Positions 21,593 through 32,609 of a stretch of DNA of 64,000 bases are shown here, piece by piece. Within the stretch, counting starts at the first letter, position 1; every line of letters begins with the position of its first letter. Made by a program: the position numbers and the translations under genes. The notes under the pieces are model-generated. The model did not search any database. It saw only the letters and a program-made list of their open reading frames with translations, and was not told where the DNA came from. The DNA is from Candidatus Kutchimonas denitrificans (lineage in GTDB: Bacteria; Gemmatimonadota; Gemmatimonadetes; Palauibacterales; KS3-K002), in assembly GCA_011774835.1 (NCBI GenBank), contig JAACAK010000067.1:24169-88168 (forward strand), given 5' to 3'.

Positions 21593-22729
21593 ATGAACAT
21601 CCACGAGTACCAGGCGAAGGAGATCTTCAGGGAGCATGGCATCCCCGTGCCTCCCGGCGAAGTGGCGACGACGCCGGCCGAGGCCGAAGAGATCGCTTCG
21701 CGCTTCGGTGGCGGGGTGGTGGTGAAGGCGCAGGTCCACGCCGGAGGACGGGGCAAAGCCGGCGGTGTGAAACTGGCCTCGAACGCGAAGGACGCGCGAA
21801 AGGCGGCGGAGAAGATCCTCGGCATGGAGATCAAGGGCCTCACCGTTCGCAAGGTGCTGGTGAGTCCGGCGGAGGACATCGCGCACGAGGCCTATCTGGG
21901 CGCCATCGTTGACCGGGCCAACGGTGCCGTCGTTCTGATGGCCTCGCCCGAAGGGGGAATCGACATCGAGGAGGTCGCGGCCAAAACGCCCGAGCGGATT
22001 TTCAAGGAGGAGGTCGATGCCCGTTACGGTCTGCTCGAACACCAGGCATCGCGGCTCGCTTTCAAGCTGTACCCGAACGATGCATCTCGTGCGCGGCAGG
22101 CGGCGGACATCATCGACAAGCTCTACGCCTCGATGATCGACGCCGGCGCTTCGCTGATCGAGATCAATCCACTGATCACCACGGAATCCGGTGAACTGAA
22201 GGCGATCGACGCCAAGCTGAACGTCGATGACAACGAGCTCTTGCGCAAAGAGAAGATCGCCGAGCTGCGCGACGTCGAGAGCGAAGCTTCCGAGGAGGTG
22301 AAGGCGCGCTCTCAGGGTCTGACCTACATCAAGTTGGATGGTGACGTGGGCTGCTGCGTAAACGGAGCGGGGCTGGCGATGGCCACGATGGACCTGGTGA
22401 AGTACTACGGCGGCGAGCCCGCCAACTTCCTGGACATCGGAGGCTCCTCCAGCCCGGAGAAGGTAGTCACGGCGCTGGAGATCATCACCGCCGATCCGTC
22501 GGTCAAGTCGATCCTGTTCAACATCTTCGGAGGGATTACGCGCTGCGACGATGTCGCCAACGGGATCGTCGAGGCCACCGAACAGATCGAGTTGGGTGTT
22601 CCGATCACGATTCGCCTGACCGGCACCAACGAGGAGCAGGCGGTAGAGATTCTCGAGGATGCCGGCTTCAGCGCGATGACCGACATGGACGAGGCGGTGA
22701 AAAAGGCCGTCGAATTGGCGAAGAACTAG
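21593..22729 (+). CDS. sucC: Succinyl-CoA ligase [ADP-forming] β subunit
   Basis: [12 protein letters not shown]… N-terminus and ATP-grasp domain. Confidence 0.92.
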   Translation: MNIHEYQAKEIFREHGIPVPPGEVATTPAEAEEIASRFGGGVVVKAQVHAGGRGKAGGVKLASNAKDARKAAEKILGMEIKGLTVRKVLVSPAEDIAHEAYLGAIVDRANGAVVLMASPEGGIDIEEVAAKTPERIFKEEVDARYGLLEHQASRLAFKLYPNDASRARQAADIIDKLYASMIDAGASLIEINPLITTESGELKAIDAKLNVDDNELLRKEKIAELRDVESEASEEVKARSQGLTYIKLDGDVGCCVNGAGLAMATMDLVKYYGGEPANFLDIGGSSSPEKVVTALEIITADPSVKSILFNIFGGITRCDDVANGIVEATEQIELGVPITIRLTGTNEEQAVEILEDAGFSAMTDMDEAVKKAVELAKN

Positions 22730-22746
22730 AAAGCGGACAGAGTTTC

Positions 22747-23622
22747 ATGGCAATATTCGCGGATAGCAGCACCAGGGTGGTGGTCCAGGGGATCACCGGG
22801 CGCGACGGGTCGTTCCACACCCGCCAGATGATGGAATACGGCACGAAGATCGTCGCCGGCGTCACCCCCGGCAAAGGCGGCCAGAAGTTCGACGACGAGG
22901 TGCCGATCTTCAATACGGTGGAGGAGGCGGTCGAGGAAACGGGCGCCAACGCCAGCGTCATCTACGTGCCGGCGCGCTTCGCGGCGGAGGCGATCTGCGA
23001 GGCGGCGGATTCGGGCGTCGAGCTGGTGGTTTGCATCTCCGAGGGCATCCCGGTGCTCGACATGTTGCGTGCCACCCGTTACGTGCGGGACCACGGGTCT
23101 CGTCTCATCGGACCGAATTGTCCGGGGATGATCTCGCCGGGCGAGACCAAGCTGGGGATCATACCGGGGCAGATCGTGGAAAAGGGGCCGATCGGTGTAA
23201 TCAGCCGCTCGGGAACCCTCACCTACGAGGTCGTCTGGGCCCTCACGCAGGCGGGACTGGGCCAATCGAGTTGCATCGGCATCGGTGGCGACCCCGTCAT
23301 CGGGACCAGCTTCATCGACTGCCTCGAGGCGTTCGAGAACGACTCGAGCACCGGTGCCGTCGTGCTGATCGGAGAGATCGGGGGCACCGACGAGCAGAAC
23401 GCTGCCAGCTACGTCAAGGAGCACATGTCGAAGCCCGTCGTCGGGTTCGTGGCCGGCCAGACCGCACCGCCAGGACGACGTATGGGACATGCAGGCGCGA
23501 TCATCTCCGGTTCCGCCGGGACGGCGGAGGAGAAGATCGATACCTTTAGGGAAAACGGCGTCGAGGTGGCCGAGCGCCCGGCGGAGATGCCCAAGATCCT
23601 CTCGAAGGTGATGAATGGATAA
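22747..23622 (+). CDS. sucD: Succinyl-CoA ligase α subunit
   Basis: CoA-binding and phospho-His loop (…[10 protein letters not shown]…). Confidence 0.92.
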   Translation: MAIFADSSTRVVVQGITGRDGSFHTRQMMEYGTKIVAGVTPGKGGQKFDDEVPIFNTVEEAVEETGANASVIYVPARFAAEAICEAADSGVELVVCISEGIPVLDMLRATRYVRDHGSRLIGPNCPGMISPGETKLGIIPGQIVEKGPIGVISRSGTLTYEVVWALTQAGLGQSSCIGIGGDPVIGTSFIDCLEAFENDSSTGAVVLIGEIGGTDEQNAASYVKEHMSKPVVGFVAGQTAPPGRRMGHAGAIISGSAGTAEEKIDTFRENGVEVAERPAEMPKILSKVMNG

Positions 23623-24511
23623 CCCGACGACTATCTCGAGGCTGCTGCCCGCTGAGCACCTCGTCATCGGGCTGAAAGCCAGAACGCTCGAAGAAGCCCT
23701 CGGGCAGCTCATCGAGCGGCTCGATGAGGCCGATCAGATCACCGACCGGGCGGCGCTCGATGCGCTCGTCGCGGACGAGATCGAGAGCGGCGAGGCGCCC
23801 AGCCTGGGAGACCGGGCCATACTGATGCACTTCCGAACCGACGCAGTCGACGAATTGGTCGTGGCGGTGGGAACCGCGAACAAGCCGTTCGCCTTCGCAC
23901 CGGACGATTCACCCGAGGCCGATCTGCTGATCCTGATACTGACCCCCAGGACCGCCACCCGCCCTTACCTGAAGACCCTGGCGGCTCTCAGCGAGTTCCT
24001 CGCCGATCCAGCCATCCCGGATGCCCTGGTCTCCGCCGATTCGGTCGACGAGTTCCTCGATGTCGTCGCCAGCCGCGACCTGGTCATCCGGCCCGAGCTG
24101 ACCGTTCGCGACCTCATGAGCCGCGATGTCCACGCGGTCTCCCCCGAGACCCTGCTTTCGGAGGCGCTTCGACTCATGGCCCGCCACCGCCGACGCGGCG
24201 TGCCCGTCGTCAGCGACAACGGCGAGGTGCTGGGGATGGTCACCGAACAGGAGCTGCTGCAGCATTTTCTCCCCCAGATTCTCGGGACGGCGCCTCGTGA
24301 CGGCTCTCCGCCTCCGGTCAAGGACCTCGAGGTGCGCGACGTCATGCAGCGCAGCGTCATGTGCCTCCCGGAGGATCAGTTGATTTCGGATGTGCTCGGC
24401 ACCATGCTCACCGAGCGGGTCTCGCAGTTTCCCGTGGTGAAGGAGGGGAAGCTGGTCGGGTTCCTGTCCCGGACGGACCTTATCCAGAAACTACTTGAGA
24501 AATCGATATAG
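23615..24511 (+). CDS. PTS EIIA-2 (PtsN/EIIA-Ntr-like) domain fused to a CBS-domain pair
   Basis: N-terminal ~150 aa with EIIA-2-like layout and a His in …[10 protein letters not shown]…. Two C-terminal CBS repeats (…[15 protein letters not shown]… ; …[15 protein letters not shown]…). Start overlaps the sucD stop by 8 nt. Confidence 0.7.
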   Translation: MDNPTTISRLLPAEHLVIGLKARTLEEALGQLIERLDEADQITDRAALDALVADEIESGEAPSLGDRAILMHFRTDAVDELVVAVGTANKPFAFAPDDSPEADLLILILTPRTATRPYLKTLAALSEFLADPAIPDALVSADSVDEFLDVVASRDLVIRPELTVRDLMSRDVHAVSPETLLSEALRLMARHRRRGVPVVSDNGEVLGMVTEQELLQHFLPQILGTAPRDGSPPPVKDLEVRDVMQRSVMCLPEDQLISDVLGTMLTERVSQFPVVKEGKLVGFLSRTDLIQKLLEKSI

Positions 24512-24519
24512 AACCCGTT

Positions 24520-24954
24520 ATGGAATATACACTTGCAATCATCAAGCCCGACGCCATCCAGGGGGGCAAGGCGGGCCTGATCCTCAATCGGTTGGAGGAG
24601 GAGGGGTTCCGAATTCGGGCCGCGCGCCTGACCCGACTGACCGAGCCGGAGGCGGGGGAGCTCTACGCGGTACATCGTGGGCGGCCGTTCTACGAGGCGT
24701 TGAAGCGGTTCATGACGTCGGGTCCGATCCTGGCTCTCGCCTTGGAACGCGAGGATGCGGTGGCGTACCTGCGGAAGGTGATCGGGGCGACGGACCCGGC
24801 GCAGGCGGAGCGGGGGACGATCCGAGCGCTGTACGCGGAGAACAAGGAGCGGAACGCGATCCATGCGTCGGATTCGGAAGAGAACGCGCGACGGGAGGTG
24901 AGCTTCTTCTTTTCGGTCCAGGAGCTGTTGTGGACGGTTGAGGAACGGGGCTGA
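24520..24954 (+). CDS. ndk: Nucleoside diphosphate kinase
   Basis: …TLAIIKPDAIQ… and the conserved NDK active-site region (…NAIHASDS…). Confidence 0.92.
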   Translation: MEYTLAIIKPDAIQGGKAGLILNRLEEEGFRIRAARLTRLTEPEAGELYAVHRGRPFYEALKRFMTSGPILALALEREDAVAYLRKVIGATDPAQAERGTIRALYAENKERNAIHASDSEENARREVSFFFSVQELLWTVEERG

Positions 24955-25001
24955 ACCGCCTCACCTGCCGCGTTGACAGGGCCGGCACCCGCCAATAGAC
25001 T

Positions 25002-25526
25002 ATGGGCGCCGTGCTAGTCATAGATATTCGGCGCCTCAGTGAGGCGCCTGTCAGAGTTGAAGGCGTGATTGCCGACGACCATCCCGGTTGGTCCGGGACG
25101 GACGTCGAGTTGGGCGGGAGCCTGAATGTCGAGGCGACGGCGGAAGGATCGCCGACCCGAGGGATCTGGGTTCGAGGCTCGCTGAAGGGTCGCCTGAAGA
25201 CGGCCTGCCGTCGGTGTCTGGAGCCGCTGGAGCTCGATATCTCCGAATCGTTCCACATGCTCTTCGATCCGAAGACGGCGGAAGGCGAGGGGGACCTGGA
25301 TCTGTATGGCTTCGACGCCGGTGCCGACGAGCTCGATCTGCGTCCGCATCTGATCGAGCGTTTCTTGTTGCTGGTTCCGGCGTTTCCGGAGTGTGCGGCG
25401 GGATGCGCGGGTTACTGTGCGCGCTGTGGTGCGGACTTGAGCGAGGAAGAGTGCCGTTGTGCGCCGGCGGAGTCGGATCCGCGCTGGGGTCCGCTGCGGG
25501 CGCTCAAAGCGGAAGGGGAGATCTGA
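25002..25526 (+). CDS. yceD: YceD/DUF177 family protein (large-subunit rRNA maturation, upstream of rpmF)
   Basis: C-terminal Cys-rich motif (CxxC…CxxC) and the conserved position directly upstream of rpmF-plsX. Confidence 0.8.
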   Translation: MGAVLVIDIRRLSEAPVRVEGVIADDHPGWSGTDVELGGSLNVEATAEGSPTRGIWVRGSLKGRLKTACRRCLEPLELDISESFHMLFDPKTAEGEGDLDLYGFDAGADELDLRPHLIERFLLLVPAFPECAAGCAGYCARCGADLSEEECRCAPAESDPRWGPLRALKAEGEI

Positions 25527-25577
25527 GGCTTTCACCGGCGCGGGCCGGGGACACGGGTTAGGCGGATAGAGGTCAAC

Positions 25578-25763
25578 ATGGCCGTACCGAAGAAGCGATC
25601 ATCCAAGGCACGAAAACGGAAGCGCCGCACGCACTACAAGGCCGAGCCGGCGGCTACCCAGTCTTGTCCGCAGTGCGGAGATCCCAAGCTGCCGCACCGG
25701 GTCTGCCCCACGTGCGGCTATTACCGCGACGCTGAAGTCATTCAAGTCGAGACTGAATTCTAG
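25578..25763 (+). CDS. rpmF: 50S ribosomal protein L32
   Basis: MAVPKKRSSKARKRKRR… plus the CPQCG…CPTCG zinc ribbon. Confidence 0.92.
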   Translation: MAVPKKRSSKARKRKRRTHYKAEPAATQSCPQCGDPKLPHRVCPTCGYYRDAEVIQVETEF

Positions 25764-25955
25764 CCACCGCGGAACCGCGGGCCGCTGAGTCGTCTGTGGT
25801 CGTGGGTCGCCGGGGCCTTTCGCCGCCGAGGTCCACGGGCACAGAGGAGCGCGGCGGAGAAGCGTCGAGCCACCGACGTGCGCTGTTGGGCGCGTCACCC
25901 GGACCACGTCGCCGGGCTGGCGTGCTCGTATCGTTATTGCCGTTGCCTGTTGTCT

Positions 25956-26945
25956 ATGCGAATAGCCCTCGATGTGATGGGAGGCGACAACGCTCCCGCC
26001 GCCCCGGTCCTCGGCGGTGTGGAGGCGCTCGATCAGCTGGAAGCGGAGTTCGAGTTGCTGCTGGTCGGCGACACGGAGGCGATCGAGCGGGAGCTCGACG
26101 GCAGGGACGTCGATCGGGATCGCCTCAGGATAATCGCGGCCAGCGAGACGATCGAGATGGACGAGGCGCCGGTGGAGGCGGTTCGCCGCAAGCGGGACAG
26201 CTCGATTTGTCGTGGAATCGAGCTGCAGGCCCGCGGCGAAGCTGACGCCTTCGTATCGGCGGGCTCGACCGGAGCGGTACTGGCGGCGTCGATGCTCTCG
26301 CTCGGAACCTTGCCGGGACTCGACCGGGCGGGGCTGGGAGCGCTGCTTCCGACCGCGGGACCGCATCCCACGCTGCTGATCGACGTGGGAGCGAACGCCG
26401 ACTGCCGGTCGCAGGACCTGGAAAGGTTCGCCCACCTAGGCCACGTGTACGTCCAGGCGGTGGAGGGTCGACCGAACCCGCGTGTCGGGTTGCTGAACAT
26501 GGGTGGGGAAGCGGGGAAGGGCGATCGCCTGAGCCAGGAGACGTATCGCCTGCTGGAACGGGGCCGTCTGAATTTTGCGGGTAACGTGGAGGGCCACGAT
26601 ATTCTGAGCGGGGATTACGATGTGGTGGTGTGCGGCGGTTTCGCCGGCAACATCGTATTGAAGTTCTACGAATCGGTGGCCGATCACCTGGCGCGCCGGG
26701 TCAGCCTGTCGGCCGCCGGGTCGGCGGCGCTGATCGATCTGACCCGGGTGTGCGACGTGCTCGACTATGCGGCGCAAGGGGGCGCACCGCTACTGGGAGT
26801 CGACGGTGTGACGATCGTCTGTCATGGCGATTCGCCACCTCGAGCGATCAGGAACGCGGTACGGGTCGCCGTCACAGCGGTGGAGAATGATATGGTGGAG
26901 CGACTGAAGCGAGAGTTCTCCGGTCTGGCCGAGGCGAAGGCGTAG
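25956..26945 (+). CDS. plsX: Phosphate acyltransferase PlsX
   Basis: MRIALDVMGGDNAP… N-terminus. Internal ATG 25956 chosen over the ORF-track start at 25878. Confidence 0.9.
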   Translation: MRIALDVMGGDNAPAAPVLGGVEALDQLEAEFELLLVGDTEAIERELDGRDVDRDRLRIIAASETIEMDEAPVEAVRRKRDSSICRGIELQARGEADAFVSAGSTGAVLAASMLSLGTLPGLDRAGLGALLPTAGPHPTLLIDVGANADCRSQDLERFAHLGHVYVQAVEGRPNPRVGLLNMGGEAGKGDRLSQETYRLLERGRLNFAGNVEGHDILSGDYDVVVCGGFAGNIVLKFYESVADHLARRVSLSAAGSAALIDLTRVCDVLDYAAQGGAPLLGVDGVTIVCHGDSPPRAIRNAVRVAVTAVENDMVERLKREFSGLAEAKA

Positions 26946-26946
26946 C

Positions 26947-27939
26947 GTGCGCGGCGGCCTGATCGAGCTGGCGTCTACGGGTATGTGGGTGCCCGAGAAG
27001 GTGTTGACCAACGCGGACCTGGAGCGGATGGTCGATACCACGGACGAGTGGATCACCGAACGCACGGGCATCAAGGAACGCCGGATCGCCGGCGATGACA
27101 TGACGGCGGTGGAGATGGGCTACCGCGCGGGCAAGGCGGCTGTCGCAGATGCCGGCCTGGAACCCGCGGACGTTGACGCGATCATCGTCTCGACGGCCAC
27201 GCCGGACCGCCTCCTGCCCGCGACGGCGTGCGATATCCAGGCCCGGCTCGAGGCCCGCGACGCCGTCGCCTTCGATGTCTGGGGCGCCTGCAGCGGCTGG
27301 CTCTACGCCATCAACATCGGGTCCGGCCTCATCCTGAGCGAGCAGGCCGAAACGGTGCTGTGTGTCGCCACCGAGAAGATGAGCGCGATCGTGGACTGGA
27401 CCGATCGCGCGACCTGTGTGCTGTTCGGCGATGCCGCCGGCGCCACGGTGCTGCGGCGCTCGGGTGGAAACGGTCACGGGATCCTCTCCACCTACATGCG
27501 CTCCGACGGGACGCTCGCCGAATTGCTGTACCGTAGCCCCCTGGACTCCGGGTCGGTTCCGGTCGACGTGGCGGAGCTGGCGGTCCGCGACGGGTACCTG
27601 CGGATGGCGGGTCGCGAGGTATTCAAGAATGCGGTCCGCTCGATGTGCGAGGCCGTCGACGCCGTGCTGGAGAAGGCGGGCGTGACGAAGGACGAGATCG
27701 ATCTGCTGGTTCCGCACCAGGCGAACATCCGGATTATCGAGGCGACGGCCAGGTACGCCGGCCTGTCGATGGATCGGGTCTGGGTGAACGTGGACCGCTA
27801 CGGCAATACCTCATCGGCCACCATCCCCGTGGCGCTGCACGAAGCGCGAGAGGCGGGCCGGATCGAGGAGGGGTCGCTCGTTCTCATGGTCACGTTCGGC
27901 GCCGGGCTCACCTGGGCCGGCATGCTGATTCGCTGGTAG
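26947..27939 (+). CDS. fabH: 3-oxoacyl-ACP synthase III
   Basis: KAS III family with active-site Cys in …GACSGW… and the His/Asn region (…PHQANIRI…). Confidence 0.9.
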   Translation: MRGGLIELASTGMWVPEKVLTNADLERMVDTTDEWITERTGIKERRIAGDDMTAVEMGYRAGKAAVADAGLEPADVDAIIVSTATPDRLLPATACDIQARLEARDAVAFDVWGACSGWLYAINIGSGLILSEQAETVLCVATEKMSAIVDWTDRATCVLFGDAAGATVLRRSGGNGHGILSTYMRSDGTLAELLYRSPLDSGSVPVDVAELAVRDGYLRMAGREVFKNAVRSMCEAVDAVLEKAGVTKDEIDLLVPHQANIRIIEATARYAGLSMDRVWVNVDRYGNTSSATIPVALHEAREAGRIEEGSLVLMVTFGAGLTWAGMLIRW

Positions 27940-27952
27940 CAGGCGGACGCAG

Positions 27953-28879
27953 ATGGCGGATCGCGCCGCATTATTCCCCGGTCAGGGAAGCCAGCAGGTC
28001 GGGATGGGGGCAGAGCTGGCCGAGGCCTACCCGCCGGCCCGGGCCATGTTCGAGCGTGCCGATGAGGTCCTCGGCTTCGCCCTCTCGAAGCTCTGTTGGG
28101 AGGGGCCGGAGGATCGGCTGACGCAGACCGAGAACGCTCAGCCGGCCATCCTCGTTCACAGCCTGGCGGCGTGGAGCGTGGTATCCGACCGGCTGGCTGA
28201 CATCGTACGGTTCGCCGCTGGCCACTCGCTGGGAGAGTTCTCGGCTTACGCCGCGGCCGGCTCGCTGGAGTTCGATGATGCGGTGCGCCTCGTGCGCCGC
28301 CGCGGCGAGCTCATGTCCGCGGCGCGAGAAGGGACGATGGCCGCGGTGCTGAAGCTCGAGGATGGAGCTGTCGAGGACGTGTGCCGACGCGTCCGCGATG
28401 AGGGGGGCGTGGTCGTGGCGGCGAACTTCAACGCGCCGGGTCAGGTGGTGATCTCGGGCGAGGTCGAGGCGGTCGAAAAGGCGCGAACGCTCGCCACGGA
28501 GGCCGGCGCGCGGGTGAAGCCGCTTCCGGTCAGCGGGGCCTTCCATTCGCCGCTGATGGCGGAAGCCGAGGCGGGACTGCGGGAAGCGCTGGAGAGCGTC
28601 GAGTTCCGCGACCCCCGTTTCCCCGTGGTGGCGAACGCCACGGCCGAACCGATAAGCGACGCGGATGCGGCCCGGGCGGCGCTGGTGCGCCAGCTGACCG
28701 CGCCGGTCCGCTGGACCGAGAGCGTTCGGCGAATCGCCGCGGAGGGCGTGACGCGCTACATGGAGTTCGGACCGGGCAAGGTGCTGACCGGTCTGCTGAA
28801 GCGCATCGACGGCTCGCTGGAAGGTGTCGGACTGGGCAAGCCGGGGGACATCGAAAGCTTCAACGAAGGCAAGGCGTGA
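27953..28879 (+). CDS. fabD: Malonyl CoA-ACP transacylase
   Basis: …LFPGQGSQ… and the GHSLGE active-site Ser motif. Confidence 0.9.
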   Translation: MADRAALFPGQGSQQVGMGAELAEAYPPARAMFERADEVLGFALSKLCWEGPEDRLTQTENAQPAILVHSLAAWSVVSDRLADIVRFAAGHSLGEFSAYAAAGSLEFDDAVRLVRRRGELMSAAREGTMAAVLKLEDGAVEDVCRRVRDEGGVVVAANFNAPGQVVISGEVEAVEKARTLATEAGARVKPLPVSGAFHSPLMAEAEAGLREALESVEFRDPRFPVVANATAEPISDADAARAALVRQLTAPVRWTESVRRIAAEGVTRYMEFGPGKVLTGLLKRIDGSLEGVGLGKPGDIESFNEGKA

Positions 28880-29610
28880 TGAAAGAGCTCGAGGGAGCCG
28901 TCGCCGTCATCACTGGAGGTTTCCGGGGTATCGGCCTGGCGACCGCGAAGCAGCTGGCGGATGCCGGTGCCGCCGTGGCGGTGCTGGACATGGACGAGTC
29001 CGGGAAAGAGTCGGCCGAGGCCGAGCTTCCCGGTGGCCGGGCGTATATCTGCAACGTCACCGAGCTGGAGGACGTCAACACGGCGGTCGACGCGGTGACG
29101 GAGGAGCTGGGCCCCATCACGGTGCTGGTCAACAACGCCGGCGTGACCCGCGACAACCTCCTGTTGCGCATGAAAGACGACGAGTGGAACCTGGTGCTCG
29201 ATGTGAACCTCCGCGGCACGTTTCTCATGACCCGGGCCGTGAGCAAGGGGATGATCAAGGAGCGGGCGGGGTCGATCGTCAACCTGGCCAGCGTCGTGGG
29301 CGTGATGGGCAACGCCGGTCAGGCAAACTACGCCTCTGCCAAGGCCGGCATCATCGGCTTCACAAAGGCGGTCGCCAAGGAGTTGGCGCCCCGGGGCGTA
29401 CGGGCCAACGCCGTGGCGCCGGGCTTCATCGACACCGCCATGACCCAGAAGCTGCCCAAGAAGGCACGGGAGACGTTGATGGGTCAGATCCCCCTGGGGA
29501 AGTTGGGTGAACCGGAGGATGTGGCCAGGGTGATACGTTTTCTGGCCGGGCCGGCTTCGAGCTATATAACGGGCCAGGTCCTTGTTGTCGACGGGGGGAT
29601 GGTCATGTAA
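28876..29610 (+). CDS. fabG: 3-oxoacyl-ACP reductase
   Basis: SDR family TGGxxGIG NAD(P)-binding motif and YxxxK catalytic motif (…YASAKAG…). Confidence 0.9.
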   Translation: MMKELEGAVAVITGGFRGIGLATAKQLADAGAAVAVLDMDESGKESAEAELPGGRAYICNVTELEDVNTAVDAVTEELGPITVLVNNAGVTRDNLLLRMKDDEWNLVLDVNLRGTFLMTRAVSKGMIKERAGSIVNLASVVGVMGNAGQANYASAKAGIIGFTKAVAKELAPRGVRANAVAPGFIDTAMTQKLPKKARETLMGQIPLGKLGEPEDVARVIRFLAGPASSYITGQVLVVDGGMVM

Positions 29611-29672
29611 TTTCGGGTGTGTTCAGCGTACAAGGCGGGAACATCAGGGAGAAAAGGCAAAGGAGACCACCT

Positions 29673-29912
29673 ATGGCAGACATCGAATCCCGCGTCCGGG
29701 ATATCATCGTCACCGAGCTCGGCGTCGAACCCTCGAAGGTTACGCCGGAGGCCTCGTTCGTGGAAGATCTCGGGGCCGATTCCCTCGATACGGTCGAGCT
29801 CGTGATGGCGTTCGAGGAGGAGTTCGGGATCGAGATTCCGGACGAGGACGCCGAGAAGATGGAGACCGTCGGGGACGCGATCAAGTACCTCACGGAAAAG
29901 GAAGGGGCCTGA
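29673..29912 (+). CDS. acpP: Acyl carrier protein
   Basis: DLGADSLD phosphopantetheine-attachment motif. ATG at 29673 (MADIESRV…) chosen over the extended ORF-track start. Confidence 0.9.
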   Translation: MADIESRVRDIIVTELGVEPSKVTPEASFVEDLGADSLDTVELVMAFEEEFGIEIPDEDAEKMETVGDAIKYLTEKEGA

Positions 29913-29920
29913 CCCTCGGG

Positions 29921-31174
29921 ATGTCCACGGAGAAGCGCAGAGTTGTCATTACCGGCGCCGGCTTGATCACGGCGGTCGCTAATGATCTGGCGAGCAATTG
30001 GGATGCGCTGCTGTCGGGGATCAGCGGGACGGACACGATCACGTCCTTCGATCCCTCGCGGCTCGAGGTGCGACTGGCCGCCGAGGTCAAGAACTTCGAT
30101 CCGGCGGACTATCTGGACAAGAAGGAAGTCCGACGTACCGACCGCTTTTGTCAGTTCGCTCTGGTCGCCGCGGCGGAGGCACTGAGGACCGCCGGGTTAG
30201 GCGAGTCGCCGGATGTCGAGTCCGATCGATTCGGCGTGATTACCGGCAGCGGCATCGGGGGGATCGGGACGCTGGAGCAGCAGCACCTGGTCTATCTGGA
30301 GAAGGGCCCGGATCGGGTGTCGCCGTTCTTCGTGCCGATGTTCATCGCCGACATGGCGCCGGGCCTGATCTCGATGAAGTACGGGGCGAAGGGCCCGAAC
30401 TACAGCACTCAGTCGGCATGCGCGTCGAGCGCGCACGCGATCGGCAACGCGTTCAAGCTGATTCAGCGCGGCATCGCCGATGTCATCATCAGCGGCGGAA
30501 CCGAATCATCGGTGACGCCTCTGACGATGGCGGGCTTCGCCTCCATGAAGGCGCTATCGTCACGCAACGATGAGCCCGAAAAGGCCAGCCGTCCGTTCGA
30601 CGCCAACCGGGACGGGTTCGTGCTGGGCGAGGGCGGCGGCCTGGTGGTGCTGGAGGCGCTCGAGCACGCCAGGGCCCGGGGCGCACCGATCATGGCTGAG
30701 GTCGTGGGCTATGGATTGACCGCGGACGCCCATCACATGACGGCACCGGCGCCGGAAGGGGAGGGCGCTCAGCGTGCGATGCGGCAGGCGCTTGAAGATG
30801 GTGGCCTGCAGCCCGAAGACATCGACTACATAAACGCTCACGGCACGTCGACACCGTTCAACGACCTGAGCGAAACGCAGGCGATCAAGAAGGTCTTCGG
30901 CGACCATGCCCACGAACTGGTGGTCAGCTCGACCAAGTCGATGACCGGACACACGCTGGGAGCCGCCGGCGGCGTCGAGGGAGTCATCTGCACGCTGGTC
31001 GTCAAAGAGGGTAAAATCCCGCCAACCATCAACTTCTCGGAACCCGACCCCGATTGCGACCTGAACTATTCGTTCAACGAGGCGACGGAGCGGCCCGTGG
31101 AGCTGGCCCTCTCGAACTCGTTCGGGTTCGGCGGCCACAACGTCACACTGGCCATCAAGCGCTGGGAGGAATAG
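29921..31174 (+). CDS. fabF: 3-oxoacyl-ACP synthase II
   Basis: KAS II family (…[10 protein letters not shown]…, active-site Cys in …[12 protein letters not shown]…, His-His region). ATG 29921 chosen; the upstream ORF-track extension runs through the fabG-acpP region. Confidence 0.9.
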   Translation: MSTEKRRVVITGAGLITAVANDLASNWDALLSGISGTDTITSFDPSRLEVRLAAEVKNFDPADYLDKKEVRRTDRFCQFALVAAAEALRTAGLGESPDVESDRFGVITGSGIGGIGTLEQQHLVYLEKGPDRVSPFFVPMFIADMAPGLISMKYGAKGPNYSTQSACASSAHAIGNAFKLIQRGIADVIISGGTESSVTPLTMAGFASMKALSSRNDEPEKASRPFDANRDGFVLGEGGGLVVLEALEHARARGAPIMAEVVGYGLTADAHHMTAPAPEGEGAQRAMRQALEDGGLQPEDIDYINAHGTSTPFNDLSETQAIKKVFGDHAHELVVSSTKSMTGHTLGAAGGVEGVICTLVVKEGKIPPTINFSEPDPDCDLNYSFNEATERPVELALSNSFGFGGHNVTLAIKRWEE

Positions 31175-31399
31175 CGAAACGCCGGAGTTCCAGGGCATTC
31201 GTCCCGCGCCCGACGCACCCCGGCGGTGGCAGTCGAGCTTGCAGCAGGCCTACCGCGACGTGGCGCGCCCCTATCCACGGCCGCCACGCCTTGTTCCCCG
31301 CTCCTGGACAGGTTAACTACCCTCCGGGCAATCACCCGTCGATCCCGGCGGTCGCCCTCGCGTCGCGCGGCTGAAGGGGAGAGGAGGGCGAACACGCAA

Positions 31400-31909
31400 A
31401 TGCGAGTCGGAATAGGCTTCGACGTTCATCGTTTCGGCGAAGGCCGGCGGCTCATTCTGGGTGGCGTCGAGTTCGACTCGGAGACCGGCCTGTCGGGCCA
31501 CAGCGATGCCGACGTCCTCACCCACGCCGTGATCGATGCGCTGCTCGGCGCCGCCGCACTGGGTGACATCGGCCAGCATTTCCCGGACAGCGACGAACGA
31601 TGGCGGGATGCGTCGTCCCTCGACATGCTGCGGACGGCGGTCCAGCTGCTCGAGGGGGACAACTACCAACCGGTAAACGTCGATGTCGCCGTCGCCGCCG
31701 AGGCCCCGCCCCTGGCGCCGCGAATCGGCGCGATGCGGGAACGGCTGGCGGAGGCTTTGAGGATCGCCCCGGCTCAGGTGTCCATCAAGGCGACGACCGC
31801 GGAGGGACTCGGGGCCATCGGACGCGGCGAAGGAATCGCCGCGTGGGCGGTGGCACTGATCGACCGCGTGCGCGAACCCGAATTTCCACGAGGCGCGGGT
31901 GGCGCCTGA
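31400..31909 (+). CDS. ispF: 2-C-methyl-D-erythritol 2,4-cyclodiphosphate synthase
   Basis: MRVGIGFDVHRF… and …SGHSDADVLTHA… metal/CDP-binding motifs. ATG 31400 with a GGAGAGGAGGG RBS. Confidence 0.9.
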   Translation: MRVGIGFDVHRFGEGRRLILGGVEFDSETGLSGHSDADVLTHAVIDALLGAAALGDIGQHFPDSDERWRDASSLDMLRTAVQLLEGDNYQPVNVDVAVAAEAPPLAPRIGAMRERLAEALRIAPAQVSIKATTAEGLGAIGRGEGIAAWAVALIDRVREPEFPRGAGGA

Positions 31910-32609
31910 GGTCGCGATTCACGTCTGCACGCTCGCCACGTCGGGCGACTGGCTGGTTCAGGTCGACGAGATCGACGCCGTGGTTCGAACGCTGGGATCG
32001 ATCGCGCCTGGCTGGGTCTATCTGGTCGTGGCACTCGGCGTCGCGGTGGAGAACTTCTTTCCACCCATTCCCGCCGATACGTTCGTCGTCCTCGGTGCTT
32101 TTCTCTCTGCCGAGGGCCGCGTGACCGGGAGCGGCGTATTCCTGGCCACCTGGAGCATGAACACGGCCACCGCACTGATATCGTATGGGGTGTCCCGCCG
32201 CTGGGGCCGTTCGGTGCTGGATACCCGGCCGGGACGCTGGATCCTGAGACCGCGGCAACTGGAGCGACTGGCGGCCCTCTACAACGCGCACGGCAGCAAG
32301 ATCATTTTCTTCAGCCGGTTCCTTCCGGCTTTTCGTGCGCTGGTCCCGGTGTTCGCGGGGATAAGCCACCTGGCGTTCTGGCGCACGGCCTTGCCCATAG
32401 CCCTGGCATCGGCCATCTGGTATGGGGTACTCGTGATCGCCGGCGGCGTGCTCGGCAAGAACTGGCGTGTGATCTTGGAGACTCTCGACAACGTCAACAC
32501 GCTGCTGTGGATCGTCGCCTCGATCGTGGCGATCGCGGCGATATTCTGGTGGTGGAGGACGCGCCACCAGCCGCACGAAGCGGACGGGGAGGAGGGGGTC
32601 GAGGTTTGA
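31899..32609 (+). CDS. DedA/SNARE-associated (VTT-domain) membrane protein
   Basis: DedA-family core (…VENFFPPIPADTFVVLGAFL…GSKIIFFSRFLPAFRALVPVFAGI…). Confidence 0.8.
   Translation: MAPEVAIHVCTLATSGDWLVQVDEIDAVVRTLGSIAPGWVYLVVALGVAVENFFPPIPADTFVVLGAFLSAEGRVTGSGVFLATWSMNTATALISYGVSRRWGRSVLDTRPGRWILRPRQLERLAALYNAHGSKIIFFSRFLPAFRALVPVFAGISHLAFWRTALPIALASAIWYGVLVIAGGVLGKNWRVILETLDNVNTLLWIVASIVAIAAIFWWWRTRHQPHEADGEEGVEV

Noticed and set aside
25764-25955. CCGCGG-aa-CCGCGG hairpin after rpmF as a terminator
   Set aside because: Two adjacent copies of a self-complementary hexamer give a 2-nt loop with no U tract. It is sterically poor as a terminator, and rpmF-plsX are normally co-transcribed.
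29582-29920. Upstream extension of the fabF ORF (113 extra codons) overlapping fabG and acpP
   Set aside because: The extension is out of frame with and overlaps two conserved genes. The canonical [12 protein letters not shown] start at 29921 matches KAS II N-termini.
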